Shown here: positions 1-13,089 of the stretch, piece after piece
Layout: the number at the start of each line of letters is the position of its first letter
How positions within the stretch are numbered: the first letter of the stretch is position 1
Translations under genes and position numbers: made by a program
The notes under the pieces: model-generated
The model's database searches: none
Told to the model about the DNA's origin: nothing
Seen by the model: the letters and a program-made list of their open reading frames with translations, nothing else
NCBI GenBank assembly: GCA_951406725.2
Contig: OX597823.1
Location: 36,952,001-37,016,000, forward strand
Length of the DNA stretch: 64,000 bases
From: Octopus vulgaris
Lineage: Eukaryota
Reading direction: 5' to 3'

Positions 1-288
1 AGTGCATATACTCACACTCCTATACATATAAAAGTATACATATACATAATAATGTAAATAAATAATATACATTAGTAAACATATATACGTTCCATATTCA
101 ATGTTTCAGTTCTTCAACTTAATATTGTGATAATAAACATACACATATTAGTACCTAGATGCAAATATACATAGTCAATAGTACATTATATTACTTATGT
201 ATGTATATATATATATATATATATATAGAAAAGAAAGTTTGTTTGTGAAAGCACGTGGGTGAATATATAAGAAAATAGTAAAGAGTGA

Positions 289-1340
289 AAAAACAGACAT
301 TACCCAGCTCAACTCATAGAGGATGGGATCAGACGTGCAACAGAAATCAACATAGAAACTTTAAGAAAAGTTCAACACAACAACACACCTTCCCCGAAAA
401 TACTACCTTACATATCTACATACAACCCCAGAAACAAAGAAGCTTTCACCATCATCACCCAGAATTTACCAATACTTCATAAAAACTCCAAATTAAAGGA
501 AATTCTAAACATACGCCAAATCATTAAAAGCTACAAACAGCCTAAATCACTTAAAAAGATTCTCACAAAGGCAAAATTATCTTCTGAAATTACGGATGCA
601 AAAGTAAAAAAATGTGGTAGATCGAACTGTGCAACATGTCCTAACCTACTAGAAGGATCAGAATTCTTCTTTAAAGAGGGACAGAAATTCAAGATCAAAT
701 CTAACTTTACTTGTGCCTCTGAAAACATAATTTATGTCATAAAATGCTCGGGCTGCCACCAAGACTACGTGGGGTCCACGGGACTATCACTCAGACGTAG
801 ATGCACACTGCATCGACAACAGCTTGCATTCCCAGAATATAGAATGATACCTTTTAGTGAGCACATTGAGAAATGCGCAAAGCAACTACTACCACAATTT
901 TTAATCTTTCCATTTTACCAATGTGCTTTCGGATCATCAACACAAATTAGACTAAACAAGGAAACATTCTTCATTGAAAAGTACAAACCCAGACTCAACT
1001 ATCCAAACATAATAATACAGAGAAATTCACACTAAGAGAAAAAGGAAAAAAAAATTTTTAAGCGATTATCTCCCTTACACCAGAAGAAATCACGCACTAC
1101 CTTCCCTTATTTAGAACTCTCCGTAGCAAAAAAACAAGGATAACGCTATTAAAGATAAACATTACGTCGCAAGAAATTTGAAGAGCTAAATGCGAAACCG
1201 GTCTTTCTTTAAAAATTATAAAATCATGTCATTATAAGAAGGGAAAAAAAAATTTTTCCAATATTCTCCAGACATATTGACGCAAATATATATATTCCTT
1301 AACATTTAAGCCTTCTGTCGTTTTTTCACTCTTTATTATT
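289..1340 (+). mobile_element. Penelope-like retroelement, 5'-truncated (linker + GIY-YIG endonuclease + 3' pLTR)
   Basis: Open frame 289-1035 reads YPAQLIEDGIRRA...LPYISTYNP...KCGRSNCATC...FTCASENIIYVIKCSGCHQDYVGST...RLNKETFFIEKYKPRLN, a PLE Cys-rich linker plus GIY-YIG. Flanked by (TA)n. Confidence 0.9.
1171..1209 (+). ncRNA. Degenerate minimal type I hammerhead ribozyme motif in PLE pLTR
   Basis: aagaaa-t-TTGAAGA-gc-taaat-gc-GAAA-ccgg-TC-tttctt; core CUGANGA has C>T; stem I aagaaa/tttctt. Confidence 0.6.
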
Positions 1341-1342
1341 TT

Positions 1343-1345
<3 letters not shown>

Positions 1346-1415
<70 letters not shown>

Positions 1416-1416
1416 G

Positions 1417-1478
<62 letters not shown>

Positions 1479-1524
1479 TATATATGTATGTATGTATATG
1501 TATGTATGTATGTATATATATATG

Positions 1525-1563
<39 letters not shown>

Positions 1564-1581
1564 GTATATATATATGTATGT

Positions 1582-1617
<36 letters not shown>

Positions 1618-1672
1618 GCATGTATGTATATGTATGTATGTATATGTATGTATGTATATATATGTATGTATG

Positions 1673-1705
<33 letters not shown>

Positions 1706-1713
1706 GTATGTAC

Positions 1714-1764
<51 letters not shown>

Positions 1765-1768
1765 TATG

Positions 1769-1817
<49 letters not shown>

Positions 1818-1831
1818 GTATATATATATAT
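1346..1831. repeat. Compound (TA)n/(TATG)n microsatellite
   Basis: Direct inspection; source of the YIYI/MYVC ORFs. Confidence 0.98.
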
Positions 1832-2518
1832 AAGTTGACATGGCCCGCAGAATGTGTTCCTGGATTCTCAGAACTTTCCAGTCGAGAGATATCCACACCC
1901 GACCCCACCTTGCCCGACCCCACCTTGAATACTGTTGTCCACTGTGGTCTCCCCACACAATACAAGGTATCATAAAAGTTGAAGCACCTCAAAGGGCAAT
2001 CACAAAAAAGATAGATGGCATGACAGGCCTCGACTATTGGGGTCGACTAGAAAAGCTAAAACTCTATTCTCTCCAACGTCGTCGTGAGCGCTACATCATC
2101 TGCATGATGTGGAAAATATTCCATCAGCATTGCCCAAATGATGTTGGCATCACCTTTAAGGTACATCCAAGGCTTGGGCCCCGTGCCATCCGCCCAAAAC
2201 AAAAATCGCACTCTCACAACAATACGGCACAATTATTTCAGCTCAATTGGCCCCGCTCTCTTTAACATTACACCAAAACACATTAAAAAAGAAACTGACC
2301 CTATAGGGTTCAAGAAGTCTTTGGACAGATTCCTTCAAGAAATCCCGGATAAACCCCCTATACCCGGATATGTCTCTGTAAACAATAACTCTCTACTTGA
2401 GTGGGCCATAGTGCCCAAATTCTGACTTGAAAGAGTTCACCAGGTGGTGCTATTAAGTTAGACATGGCCTGGGCCAATAATGGCCGAAACCTATCAAAGT
2501 ATCAAAGTATCAAAGTAT
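1832..2518 (+). mobile_element. CR1-group LINE 3' end (RT C-terminal region, 3' UTR, (TATCAAAG)3 tail)
   Basis: [13 protein letters not shown]...[22 protein letters not shown]...(frameshift) GPALFN...FKKSLDRFLQEIPD; ends in an 8-bp tandem tail at 2492-2518. Confidence 0.88.
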
Positions 2519-2541
2519 GTATATATATATGTATATATATG

Positions 2542-2572
<31 letters not shown>

Positions 2573-2715
2573 ATATATATGTATGTATGTATATATATAT
2601 GTATGTCTATATATACGAATATGTATGTGCATATATATATATATGTATGTGCATATGTATGTATGTATATATGTATATACATCTATGTATATACATCTAT
2701 CTATCTATCTATCTA

Positions 2716-2765
<50 letters not shown>
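2519..2765. repeat. (TA)n/(TATG)n/(TCTA)n microsatellite
   Basis: Direct inspection. Confidence 0.95.
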
Positions 2766-2767
<2 letters not shown>

Positions 2768-2768
<1 letters not shown>

Positions 2769-2950
2769 CCCACCGGATGCTCCAAATCACAGAGGCAAGT
2801 TTGAAGATTGCCTCACAAGAATTAAAGAAGTCCTCATGAATCTGGAACAGCACGTGGCCATATTTCTTATGGGTGATTTCAACTTCCCCAACGTCAAATG
2901 GCCCGAAGGTCTCATCCTCTCAGGAATGAATCATTGCAATGAAGTACAGG
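2768..2950 (+). mobile_element. LINE APE endonuclease fragment
   Basis: YYPPDAP...[14 protein letters not shown] contains the APE YxPP and GDFN motifs. Confidence 0.8.
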
Positions 2951-3422
2951 TGGAGTCCAAGTTATATCTTGATGTCGCTAGTGATAACAATACTCAAAAT
3001 ATGTAACAGACTGCAATTGTAGGCTCGTCTCTTGCAATTTCGTTCAATTGGATCTTGTCCTCCCTCTTGTATAGAAGTGTACGGTTGCAGCGAAATTCAT
3101 TTCTGGACTTTCTTCTATCGAAGGCATTTTAACAAATATGCTTCTGTAAAGACGGTGAAAATATTGTCAATTTCCCCAAACAGGGACAAAATTCAATTTT
3201 TAAACAATAACCAAAGCCCCTTCTCCGAAAGGGGGAAAGTTACGGTTTACAATTATTTAACAAATGCAACACAACAACGTTTCCCTGACGAGAAACCAAC
3301 AAATGTGTTTACAAAAGTCAAACAGTAATAATAATAACAACAAACCTTTTTAATTTATCCCCATTTATGTGAAACCACTTATTCAGGTTCAAGTCATTGA
3401 TGCAATTTCATACGAATTGCTA

Positions 3423-3505
<83 letters not shown>

Positions 3506-3614
3506 ATAAGGGTGAAAAACTGAATATTAATTTGATTAATATGAATTGAAAACCAGTGGTGTAGCATATAAGACCATAGCGGATCTTCTAGCAAAATGGA
3601 TGACCACAGTTAAT

Positions 3615-3920
3615 GGTTCATCCCTGTTATATAATAGTTTCACTTTAATAGTTTTAATATTAAAGTGAATGTCTGCATTACAATAGAGAGATGTTTTTGT
3701 TTCCCTTTTAACACGTAATACTGAAATAGTGGAGAAGATATGATATTGCTGTGGGGTCGCCCTAGGGAAAAAGTTAAAATGTTTTTTTCCGATGACACTC
3801 CCCAGACCTTAAGTAAGTCATATGTAAAATTTGAATGAAATTGGTTGTGTAGTTCTCAAGTTTTAGGGAAAAACACCGACAGACAGATAGATAGACACAC
3901 ATTCTCAGTTTTATATATAT
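3615..3920 (+). mobile_element. Possible non-autonomous Helitron/Helentron (Lep1/HINE-like) fragment
   Basis: ...aaatttgaatgaaattggttgtgtagttctcaagtt...gacagacagatagatagac...ttttatatatat resembles the Lep1-type 3' motif with (GACA)n; recalled, not searched. Confidence 0.4.
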
Positions 3921-4439
3921 ATTTATGCATGTATGCATGTGTATGTACGTCTGTGTATGATTGTGTATGTATATATGCGTGAATGCCTATACATGTGTGT
4001 GCTTTTTTTTGTGTGTGTGTGCATGTGCATTTATATCATGTAGGAGTAGTTGAAGTGTCAACAACTGTATTTGTTTTCTCAATTTGGCTGCCTACATTGC
4101 TGTGTTAAACATACCTATGGCAATCTCATGCTATCCACTGCATCATTAATTTGTCAAAACATGAAACATTTGTTTGTGCAGTTACACTGCACTTTAACAT
4201 GTAATCAGATGTCGTCAAACTCTCGCCACGACGCCGAAGCCGGGTATATCATCTTCATAGGTTTTATGCTGTGCAAAGCATACGTTGGCCTGCTTCCTAG
4301 AAACACACTGTTGATATTCCCAAATGTTTGCCCAGGCGTGTTACAACAACAAGAACAAGGGTGAAAAAATACAGAGAAAACAATTACAATGTTCATAAGA
4401 GTATCATACCTGTTTGTGTAAAAATGTAAATTTTCTTTG

Positions 4440-4480
<41 letters not shown>

Positions 4481-4509
4481 CTGTATGTATTATACATATA
4501 CGCATATAT

Positions 4510-4556
<47 letters not shown>

Positions 4557-4737
4557 CACGCATGCATATATTATCATCGGAGTGTTTAGCTGGCTGAAAC
4601 TTCGAACTTACTGTCTACAACATTTTTGTATAAGAATAATAAATTTGTAATCTAAAAAGTATAGAGTAATCCATCAGATTAATGTAAAATTTTTGTTATA
4701 ACTGAACTTAAAAACAAAATTAATGTGTGTATATATA

Positions 4738-4783
<46 letters not shown>

Positions 4784-4814
4784 AGCGTATTTGTAGCTGG
4801 TAGTTTTGAGAGAA

Positions 4815-4960
4815 GACTCCAGTACGTGATTGTTACGTTATTTTATCAGCTCTGAATGGATGAAAGCAAAGTTCCCCCCGGCAGGATTTGTGCTCAGAAC
4901 GTAAAAATCCGGAAGAAATATCACGAAGCATGTTGCTCGACGCTCTAAAGATTCTGCTAA
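4815..4960 (-). mobile_element. tRNA-derived SINE family A, degenerate
   Basis: Reverse-complement similarity to the 20529-20744 copy. Confidence 0.7.
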
Positions 4961-5237
4961 GTATATATTGTTATATGTTCTATACAAAGAAAGAGAAGCG
5001 CAGTATATTGGGACGTATCAATATTTTTATTAACCAATATAATGAAATAATTATATACATTTATAAGCATACAGTACACTTTTCCTATCCAGCCCCGCTA
5101 CCAAAACTTATGGTCATCACTCACAAGCAAATGTAAGTTGTTGCAAGTAGCAGGCTATCATTAATTGCTTTGAATGACTGTGGACATAAGACAGATTTTT
5201 GGTGCTCGTTTTTTAAGTAATATCCAGAATATGATGT

Positions 5238-5299
<62 letters not shown>

Positions 5300-5317
5300 A
5301 GAGCCTGCACTAGATTA

Positions 5318-5448
5318 GTGCTCATTTACTATTGAGTAGAACTGAAACATCTTATTCAAGATCACAATGCGTCGCCTCGTCCAGGAATCGAACCTACAGC
5401 TTTATGGTTTTGAATCTATTGTCCTAACGTGTAGAACATGTGCCCCCG
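5318..5448 (-). mobile_element. tRNA-derived SINE family C head
   Basis: Minus strand B box ggttcgattcc followed by gacgcattgtgatcttgaataag; similar to 35215-35347. Confidence 0.6.
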
Positions 5449-5519
5449 CAATATAGTTAAGAGTTAATTTTAAAAAAACGTAAGTCACTCGCGTTCACAC
5501 ACAATAAATGAACAACCCT

Positions 5520-5718
5520 TTCTATTAGAAGTACAAGACCTAAAGTTTTAGATACAGAACTTGTCGATTACTTCGGCCTCAATGCTCAACTGGAACTTAT
5601 TGTATCGACCCCGAAAGGATGAAAGGTAGAATCTACCTCAATGACATTTGAACACAGGACATAAAGACGGATAAAATACTGCGACGCATTTTGTCCGGAG
5701 TGCTAACGATACTGCTAG
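5520..5718 (-). mobile_element. SINE family A
   Basis: atcgaccccgaaaggatgaaagg core on the plus strand, shared with the other copies. Confidence 0.8.
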
Positions 5719-5739
5719 TAATTATTTTTACACCCGCTT

Positions 5740-7165
5740 CAGGTTCCGTTATTACTTTTGATCCGAGTACCCCAACGATCCCAACTACATTTCCAATTAC
5801 TTTGCCCCCCGGTACAGGAAACTGCCAGCCTCGAAAGATTTCACGAATAACTTGAAGGTCAGAGAAGGGGTTCATGTTGCCCCGCTGGTTACAATACTGC
5901 AGTTCAAAACCAGGTTTGTCAGTTTTTCCTCTAGCAGTCTATCTCTTACGTAATCCACACGGTCGGATGCTATATAATCACTAATCTTCAATTGATCTTT
6001 TCCTACAGTATATTGAAAGTATTCGTTTATTTCGTCCATCAGATGGTCGTTCGTTAAATTACAAAAATTCAATAAACCCTCGTACGCTCCCTGGAGATGT
6101 GCTCCACCGCACACTTTTTATTTTTTTCATTTACTCTTTCATTTGCTTTCAACAATCTATCATTGTTCACTGCCCATCTCCTACTCATTGTAATCAGGCA
6201 ATGAGGTGCTGCTGCTGCTGATTATAACCAACCTCTTGAACATCGATTTCTAGATGTAGCTGATACGATCCGTTCTGTTATTTATAGAGACTCGACCAGT
6301 TTTGCTTTGGATTGCGGCTGCTGGTTTCTTCTGTATTTTAAGCGTCTTTTTCTACCAGACAGAAAGTCCTTAATTAACCTTCATTGCCCCTCGATTTCGT
6401 CAGAACACCCCACAACACAAACCACATGTCACTCGTCTCAATTTCTATATCTGAGAGTGCCCGTTAGCATCTCTGGTGTCGAACTGGACAAAACATCTTC
6501 CAATTAGGTGAGAAATGATGCTGACATAGCTCATTGCTTTGCTCTATGATTTTTACCAGCAATCTCTCACCTGGCCGTTTCACACAATCGGAGTCCACAA
6601 TCAATCCATTGCTACTTTCTTCGTTTTCTTTCAGTTTACGCAATAGTTCTATCAAATTTTCGCTTACTTGGTGAAGAAATGTGAACTTCAATTCGTCGTA
6701 GGGGAGATGTTGGGCTTTTCACACATTTTGCTTACTTTGTTATGGGGTGCACTATTTTTCTTACACACCCCTCTGTCTTCAGTAATTTCTTAACCATGCT
6801 CACTTCATCTCTTATTCATTAACACATGCGGCAAAGTATCGTTTTTAGCTATGATTGAGGCAGCGAATCTTTCGGTTTTCTAGTGGACTCTTGGAACTTA
6901 GAAAATGGTCGTATCTGACGCCTCCAGAAATGCATCCAATAATATTCCAAGGACTCCAACCTCCTTCGACTATTCCTGTTATATTTTTTCCTTTTAGCTT
7001 TACCATCCTTTCTGATCATAAAACTCTTAATTGATCTTCGCCGCCTTGAATGATCAGTCGTACTGCACCTACTACAGGATATAATTCTGGGTATAATTTG
7101 GTGTCCTGTGTGAGGTCATGGAAACTTGCATGTCCATTCAAAACACCACACTCGATGACATATCA
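5740..7165 (-). pseudogene. Unassigned decayed coding-like segment
   Basis: Microsatellite-free; consecutive minus-strand protein-like ORFs at 6464-6691, 5872-6114 and 5633-5875, broken by stops and frameshifts; no recognised domain. Confidence 0.4.
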
Positions 7166-7420
7166 CCAAAAGTTGCGTTAGCGCCAAGTGTTTAACACTA
7201 TCTAGTCTATTATTCTCATGAATTAGGGAACAAATCGTCACCAATGTCTTTTACAAAGACCCTTGAGCCACTTCGGAAGAAATACTGTGGAATTAGTTTA
7301 TAAGGAGATATTTGAAGCACTGAGAAATTGACTTTGTTTCGTTTTGAGGGTTGATGTAGTATAACAAAGAAATACCGTCGGGGGAGGGGGGCTTTTTTGT
7401 AATGAGAACAGCGTATCATT

Positions 7421-7586
7421 AATTTATTAACTCCTTATATTTCGGACGGCTCACTCATCTTCATAAGAAAACAGGCAGTACTTCCACCGAAAATTACAAA
7501 TAGTCGATATCTGATATCTGATAATGCTTTGGCTATTTTCTTTTGTAGATGAGTGAGTCACTCGAAATAGAAATAATTAATAAATT
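7421..7586. repeat. Imperfect ~55-bp inverted repeat
   Basis: aatttattaa...tatttcg...ctcactcatct...agaaaa (7421-7476) vs its reverse complement at 7532-7586. Confidence 0.75.
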
Positions 7587-8557
7587 GTTAATTCTCTCTT
7601 CGTCTTGGAAAACGTTTCTTGTATTATTTATTTATCTATTTTATGATATCACAATGCTTCAGACTAACCCTAACACTATTCTATGATAAAGCCAAATGAT
7701 TTACCGCCCCCCCTCTCTCTCTCTATGCGAGGGCTACTTCTGATTATAATTTGAATGCCGTAAGGAGGATCTCTGTTGATTGTTTTCTTTACTGCAGCTG
7801 CGTGACAAATACCGGTAGAATGTGTCTAATTTCCTCACCTAATACTGTTATACGGTTTTTATCTAAATATTGCATGTTTGAACCCACAACAAGCTTGTCT
7901 GAAGTGCAGTTCTCAATTTCTATTGTTAATTTGTGTGTGTGTGTGTGTGCGTGCGTGTATCGTGTGTGTCTGTATGTTTGTGCGTGAGTCAGTGTGTGTG
8001 TGTTATTGTTGTCAAAACATTTTCCTATACCACTAGTCCGGTACTTTTTATCTAGATGAATGACGGTCTTTCAAAGTATCAATGGTTTTTACATTTAAAC
8101 ATAAACAAGTTACATGCTCTTTTTTGTACCTTTCATTTCATCTTATAAAATGTGGTCAATGTCCACCGTTCAGCCCTCTCTCAGCACGAGTCTTCGGATT
8201 TCTCTCAATTGTTCTTGCTGTATCCTCGCAATTTTAGTAACCGTCCTACTACAGTTTTGGTTGTCACTGCTGAAAGTGATGTTGTTAACTACAGCAGTGG
8301 TAGTGGTCTGGGCGTGGCGGGACGTTGCAGTGAGCTTTGATTATGCTTGACCAACACGTTGTTGAGCGGCGGTTGTTGTTGTTGTTGTGATTAATAGCAA
8401 CAATAACAACAAAATGCTGTCAAAACATCATCATCATCATCATCATAAACAGCAGCAGCAACAACAATAATAAGACCAAACGCAGCAAGCCACAAGATCA
8501 ACAACATTAAGCAAAGCAAAGAACGACTTCAACATCATCATCATCAGCAACAACAGT

Positions 8558-8920
8558 GGAGGCGCAATGGCCCAGTGGTTAGGGCAGCGGACTCGCGGTC
8601 GGAGGATCGCGGTTTCGATTCCCAGACCGGGCGTTGTGTGTGTTTATTGAGCGAAAACACCTAAAGCTCCACGATGTTCCGGCAGGGGGTGGTGGCGACC
8701 CCTGTTGTACTCTTTCGCTCCAACTTTCTCTCACTCTTTCTTCTTGTTTCTTGTCCCCGGCTTCCTACGCAACCGCTGAGCCTGGATGCACATTCATCCA
8801 TCCGTCGATGTTCTCGTTGTCGGGGGTTGACCTGTTTTCTCTTCTGCTGGTCTTACGAATAGCAAAGGGCCACGTTTCGGACTTCTCCCACGAAGACCGC
8901 TTCGCTCAACAAACAAGCAT
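8558..8920 (+). mobile_element. tRNA-derived SINE (family C-like)
   Basis: ggaggcgcaatggcccagtggttaggg (A box)...ggtttcgattccc (B box), then a non-tRNA body; sits in an (AAC/CAG)n tract. Confidence 0.8.
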
Positions 8921-9549
8921 CAGCAACAACAACATTTTAACAACAACAGCAGCAACAGAAGCAACAGTAAGTAGAGAAAAGAGTAATTTTTTGAGTAGTT
9001 GGATCAACGAAAGTAAAGAACACCGTAAACAAATATAATATAGTAGATGTATAAAAGCAATTGCAAATGTGGCGTTGAAATGTGATGCTGTCTGCTGTAT
9101 TATTGTATTAAACAGAACTCAAAGTCAGGTGAAATTAAAGTGGTTGTAACATCAACGATGGCGTAAGCAAGAGAGAAATGGGTGGGAATCCTTTAACAGC
9201 AACACTTTAACACTTGTTTTGCAACTCACCCAGGATTAAAGAAAACATGCTAAAAATTGTCGAGCACCTATAAGACAGAAATATTGGCTTGGTTCGTACC
9301 TTAATATAACAAAACGAACGAAAATAAACGTGAAATAATTTCATTACTGGCTGGAAACTGGAATTCTAACAGCAATTAGTATCTTACTCTACAGAACTGT
9401 ATATAGAAGATTATTTCAAAATCTACGGTGTGACGACTAGCGGAGCCGAGGCTGCAAAGAGACAATCAAACTATAATGTGTCAGATTACCAAAAGAAATT
9501 TGCACATACACACACACACGCACATATACATGCATATATATGTATATGC

Positions 9550-9604
<55 letters not shown>

Positions 9605-10943
9605 TAAATAGAATATGGGTGTATATGTATATACATACACAAAACACACACGTATACATAAATGTATATATGTGTGTGTGTCTATGTATGTATATATATA
9701 TGTACATACATATATGCATAAATAGAATATGTGTGTATATGTATATACATGCACAAAACACACACGTATACATACATGTATATATGTGTGTGTGTCTATG
9801 TATGTATATACATACACACACACATATGCATTATATATGTCATATATATCTGTACATCTATATATTTGTACATTTATATATATATACATAATATATATAT
9901 ATTTATATATTTACATATATACATACGTACATACATACATATACATATATAATTATATAATAAGCATAGCGAAGATGGTAGCTGTGTACATTGGAAACTG
10001 TGCCAAAACTACGAATAAGCATATAAAACAGATGGTTTAACCAAATACTTCTAACTGTGCCTGGCTCTGACTTAGCCACCCACTAAATACTGACACAAAG
10101 ATACAAATAAATGGAAGTGGTGCTAGTTAAAATTTGGTTTATCTTTACCTCCTAATAATAATTTTTATCATCTTTGAGTATCATTTGAAACTGAAGGGAA
10201 GGGCGGAGAAAGAAGTTCAAATGTTTATTAGATCTCGTAAAAAGATTTAAGGCAACATTATTTAATGTGTCCTCCATCTTTAAAACCGGTACGGTGTAAT
10301 CTAACTGAAGTTTGGTTGCTATTTCTAGCACGTTCGCAGAGCACCAAAAGGCAGTTGTTGGTTCATGGCTGTAAAGCTGGAGAAAGTATAAAACATGTCT
10401 GCTGTGAAATGAGATGATTGGGCGCAGCTGTTTTGACATTGAACCTATTTTGGTGACACTGTGGTTTGGGGCTGGAAGCAAATGTGCGCGCGCACAGAAA
10501 TATACACATGCAGAAAGAAAGCAAGAGAGAGAGAGAGAAATAGGCAGAAAGAGACATTACACATACATACAAATATAACTAGATGCTCATAAGGAGAGAG
10601 AGAGAGGGGAAGGAGTATGAAATATGAAAAACGCTGATGTTAGATAAATCGGCGTCGAATCAGCCAAATAGGTTGTGTGAAGACATCTCATACTCTGTCC
10701 GCCACATTACGTTTCCGATGCCTGTTTAATTCCTTTTAATTATTTATCTCTTCCTCCATAGGATTCCGTGTTGTGAATAATACCCAGGATGGATTTGCTT
10801 AGACGACTTAATCTTTACCCTAGAAGATTATAAAACCAATTCTAACAATTAGTAAAGGGATAACAGAGATCTTTTAGAAATATTAATCACATATAGAATA
10901 TAAATCATGTGTATACCAATTCCTGGCCTCATAAGCGCTTTGA

Positions 10944-11521
10944 ATGGAAACTGATCTATTACAAGCTTCCATACTCTTGCTAAATGTTTACCGTGACGCT
11001 ACGACGCATGGAAACTGATCTATTACAAGCGTCCATACTCTTGCTAAATGTTTACCGTGACGCTATGACGCATGGAAACTGATCTATTACAAGCGTCCAT
11101 ACTCTTGCTAAATGTTTACCGTGACGCTACGACGCATGGAAACCGATCTATTACAAGCGTCCATACTCTTGCTAAATGTTTACCGTGACGCTACGACGCA
11201 TGGAAACCGATCTATTACAAGCGTCCATACTCTTGCTAAATGTTTACCGTGACGCTACGACGCATGGAAACTGATCTATTACAAGCGTCCATACTCTTGC
11301 TAAATGTTTACCGTGACGCTACGATGCATGGAAACTGATCTATTACAAGCGTCCATACTCTTGCTAAATGTTTACCGTGACGCTACGACGCATGGAAACT
11401 GATCCATTACAAGCTTCCATACTCTTGCTAAATGTTTACCGTGACGCTACGACGCATGGAAACGGATCTATTACAAACGTCTATACTCTTGCTAAATGTT
11501 TACCGTGACGCTACGACGCAT
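10944..11521. repeat. Minisatellite, 9 tandem copies of a 64-bp unit
   Basis: Unit atggaaactgatctattacaagcgtccatactcttgctaaatgtttaccgtgacgctacgacgc starts at 10944, 11008, ... 11456; 0-3 substitutions per copy; no spacers. Confidence 0.97.
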
Positions 11522-12709
11522 TTATACACAGTACGTCCCGTCCCTGATGCAAAAAAGAATAATACTAAGTCTGCTAGCTATTTCTCTCTCCAGACACCTT
11601 ATATCTTCGATATATTATACAGATCATATTTCTATTCCTTTTCGAGAGACGAATCTCTCATTCCTTAATCTCCGCTGTCCAGGTTACACTCAAATCAAAC
11701 TTCACTTTGAAAGTGGGGAGTCAGTAAATGCGTAGTTGCGACTCACCTCATCACTCACCTCTCTCATCTGGATATTACAATCAAGACTTCCACTTATTCT
11801 GACTCAGCGTCCACATTCCTCTAACTACATCAGCTTCCTCTACCACTCCCTAAATTCCTTCGTCCGACAACAGCCTTATTGAAATTATCTTTCCCGTGAT
11901 CACGTACAACACAACTTCCGCATCTCACGGACCACATTGCTACTTAACTGATAAGAGTTTCGTTATTATTGGTACCAACATATTCTTTACCTCTGACCTA
12001 TCAAATAACTGGTAGACGGGCAGCTAAAATCAACCTCTTAGCCACCACATAAATGACCAAATCGCGTAGATCAATGTTTCCCAAGTTGTTTGCTCGTAGC
12101 TGCAGTCTTTCAGCTAAACAAAATGACCAGAAATGCTTGAGAACAGGAAAATCAGCAACCCCTTTCAAATTTGACGGTTTTTAGCTATACCTTGACTGTT
12201 GAAAATAGCGCGATGAATGCCTCGCACATTGTGTCACATAAATACTCTTTCGCTTCTAAAATGATCCTTTGGTCCTCTGTGGAATTCTCTGTTTCTCCCT
12301 TTTCCAACATAGCAGTTCTATAACTACGACTTAGGTGGGAAAATCCTCCATATTTGTTTTGCATCCAACTAGATAAGACAGAAAAATGGCTTCATTCAAA
12401 CAATTCTCTATAAAACTCTCTCACACACACATATCCCAAATCTGGACATAAGTGTATGTGACAGGGAAGCCGGGAAAGAAAAGGGGAGAACTAAAGGAGA
12501 GAGAATGAATAGGAGAGAGAGAGAGAGAGAGAGAGTGTGTGTGTGTGTGTGTGTATGTGTGAGCTAGCCCGGGCATGTCTATTCGTTTTGACTTTATTTC
12601 CCATCATGCTCAACGTGGACCTGTCGATTTAACAGTCATCTCCTTTAACAGCATCACCTTCTTACCTTGGTTACCTTTAAAGAGTGAAAAATATGTATGT
12701 ATGTATCTT

Positions 12710-12885
12710 TTATTTGTTTCAGTTATTAGACTGTTACTATACTGGGGCACCGGCTTGGAAAATTTTTAGTCGAATGAATCGACCCTTGTACTGTTTTTAA
12801 CCCTGGTACTTATTCTATCGGAATCTCTTGCCGAACCGCTAAGTTACGGGGGCGTAATTACATCAACATCGGTTCTCAAGTTGTG
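12710..12885 (-). mobile_element. SINE family B tail
   Basis: tacttattctatcgg...ttgccgaaccgctaagttacgggg matches the reverse complement of the 55896-56280 tail. Confidence 0.8.
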
Positions 12886-13089
12886 AAACACACACACACA
12901 CACATGTAAACACATGCACTCACGCTCACACACATACACACAGATACAAACATGCATACATACATACATACATACATACATACATACATACATACATACA
13001 TAAATACATACATACATACATGCATGCATGCATAAGAATAAATAAGGGCAAAAGAAAACTTTTCTATGCCAATATACTGAAAAATAGAC

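Noticed and set aside
1232-1992. Long ORFs of YIYI/MYVC/HTHT/CVCV type here and throughout the window
   Set aside because: Translations of stop-free microsatellites, not genes.
8114-8350. Hydrophobic 78-aa ORF; minus-strand peptide TKIARIQQEQLREIRRLVLREG
   Set aside because: Short, bounded by stops, no recognisable homology.
8558-8630. tRNA gene (also considered at 39325-39400)
   Set aside because: A and B boxes are present but the cloverleaf is imperfect and continues into a SINE body or tail.
10944-11521. CRISPR-like regular array
   Set aside because: Units are contiguous and near-identical with no unique spacers; eukaryotic context, no cas genes.
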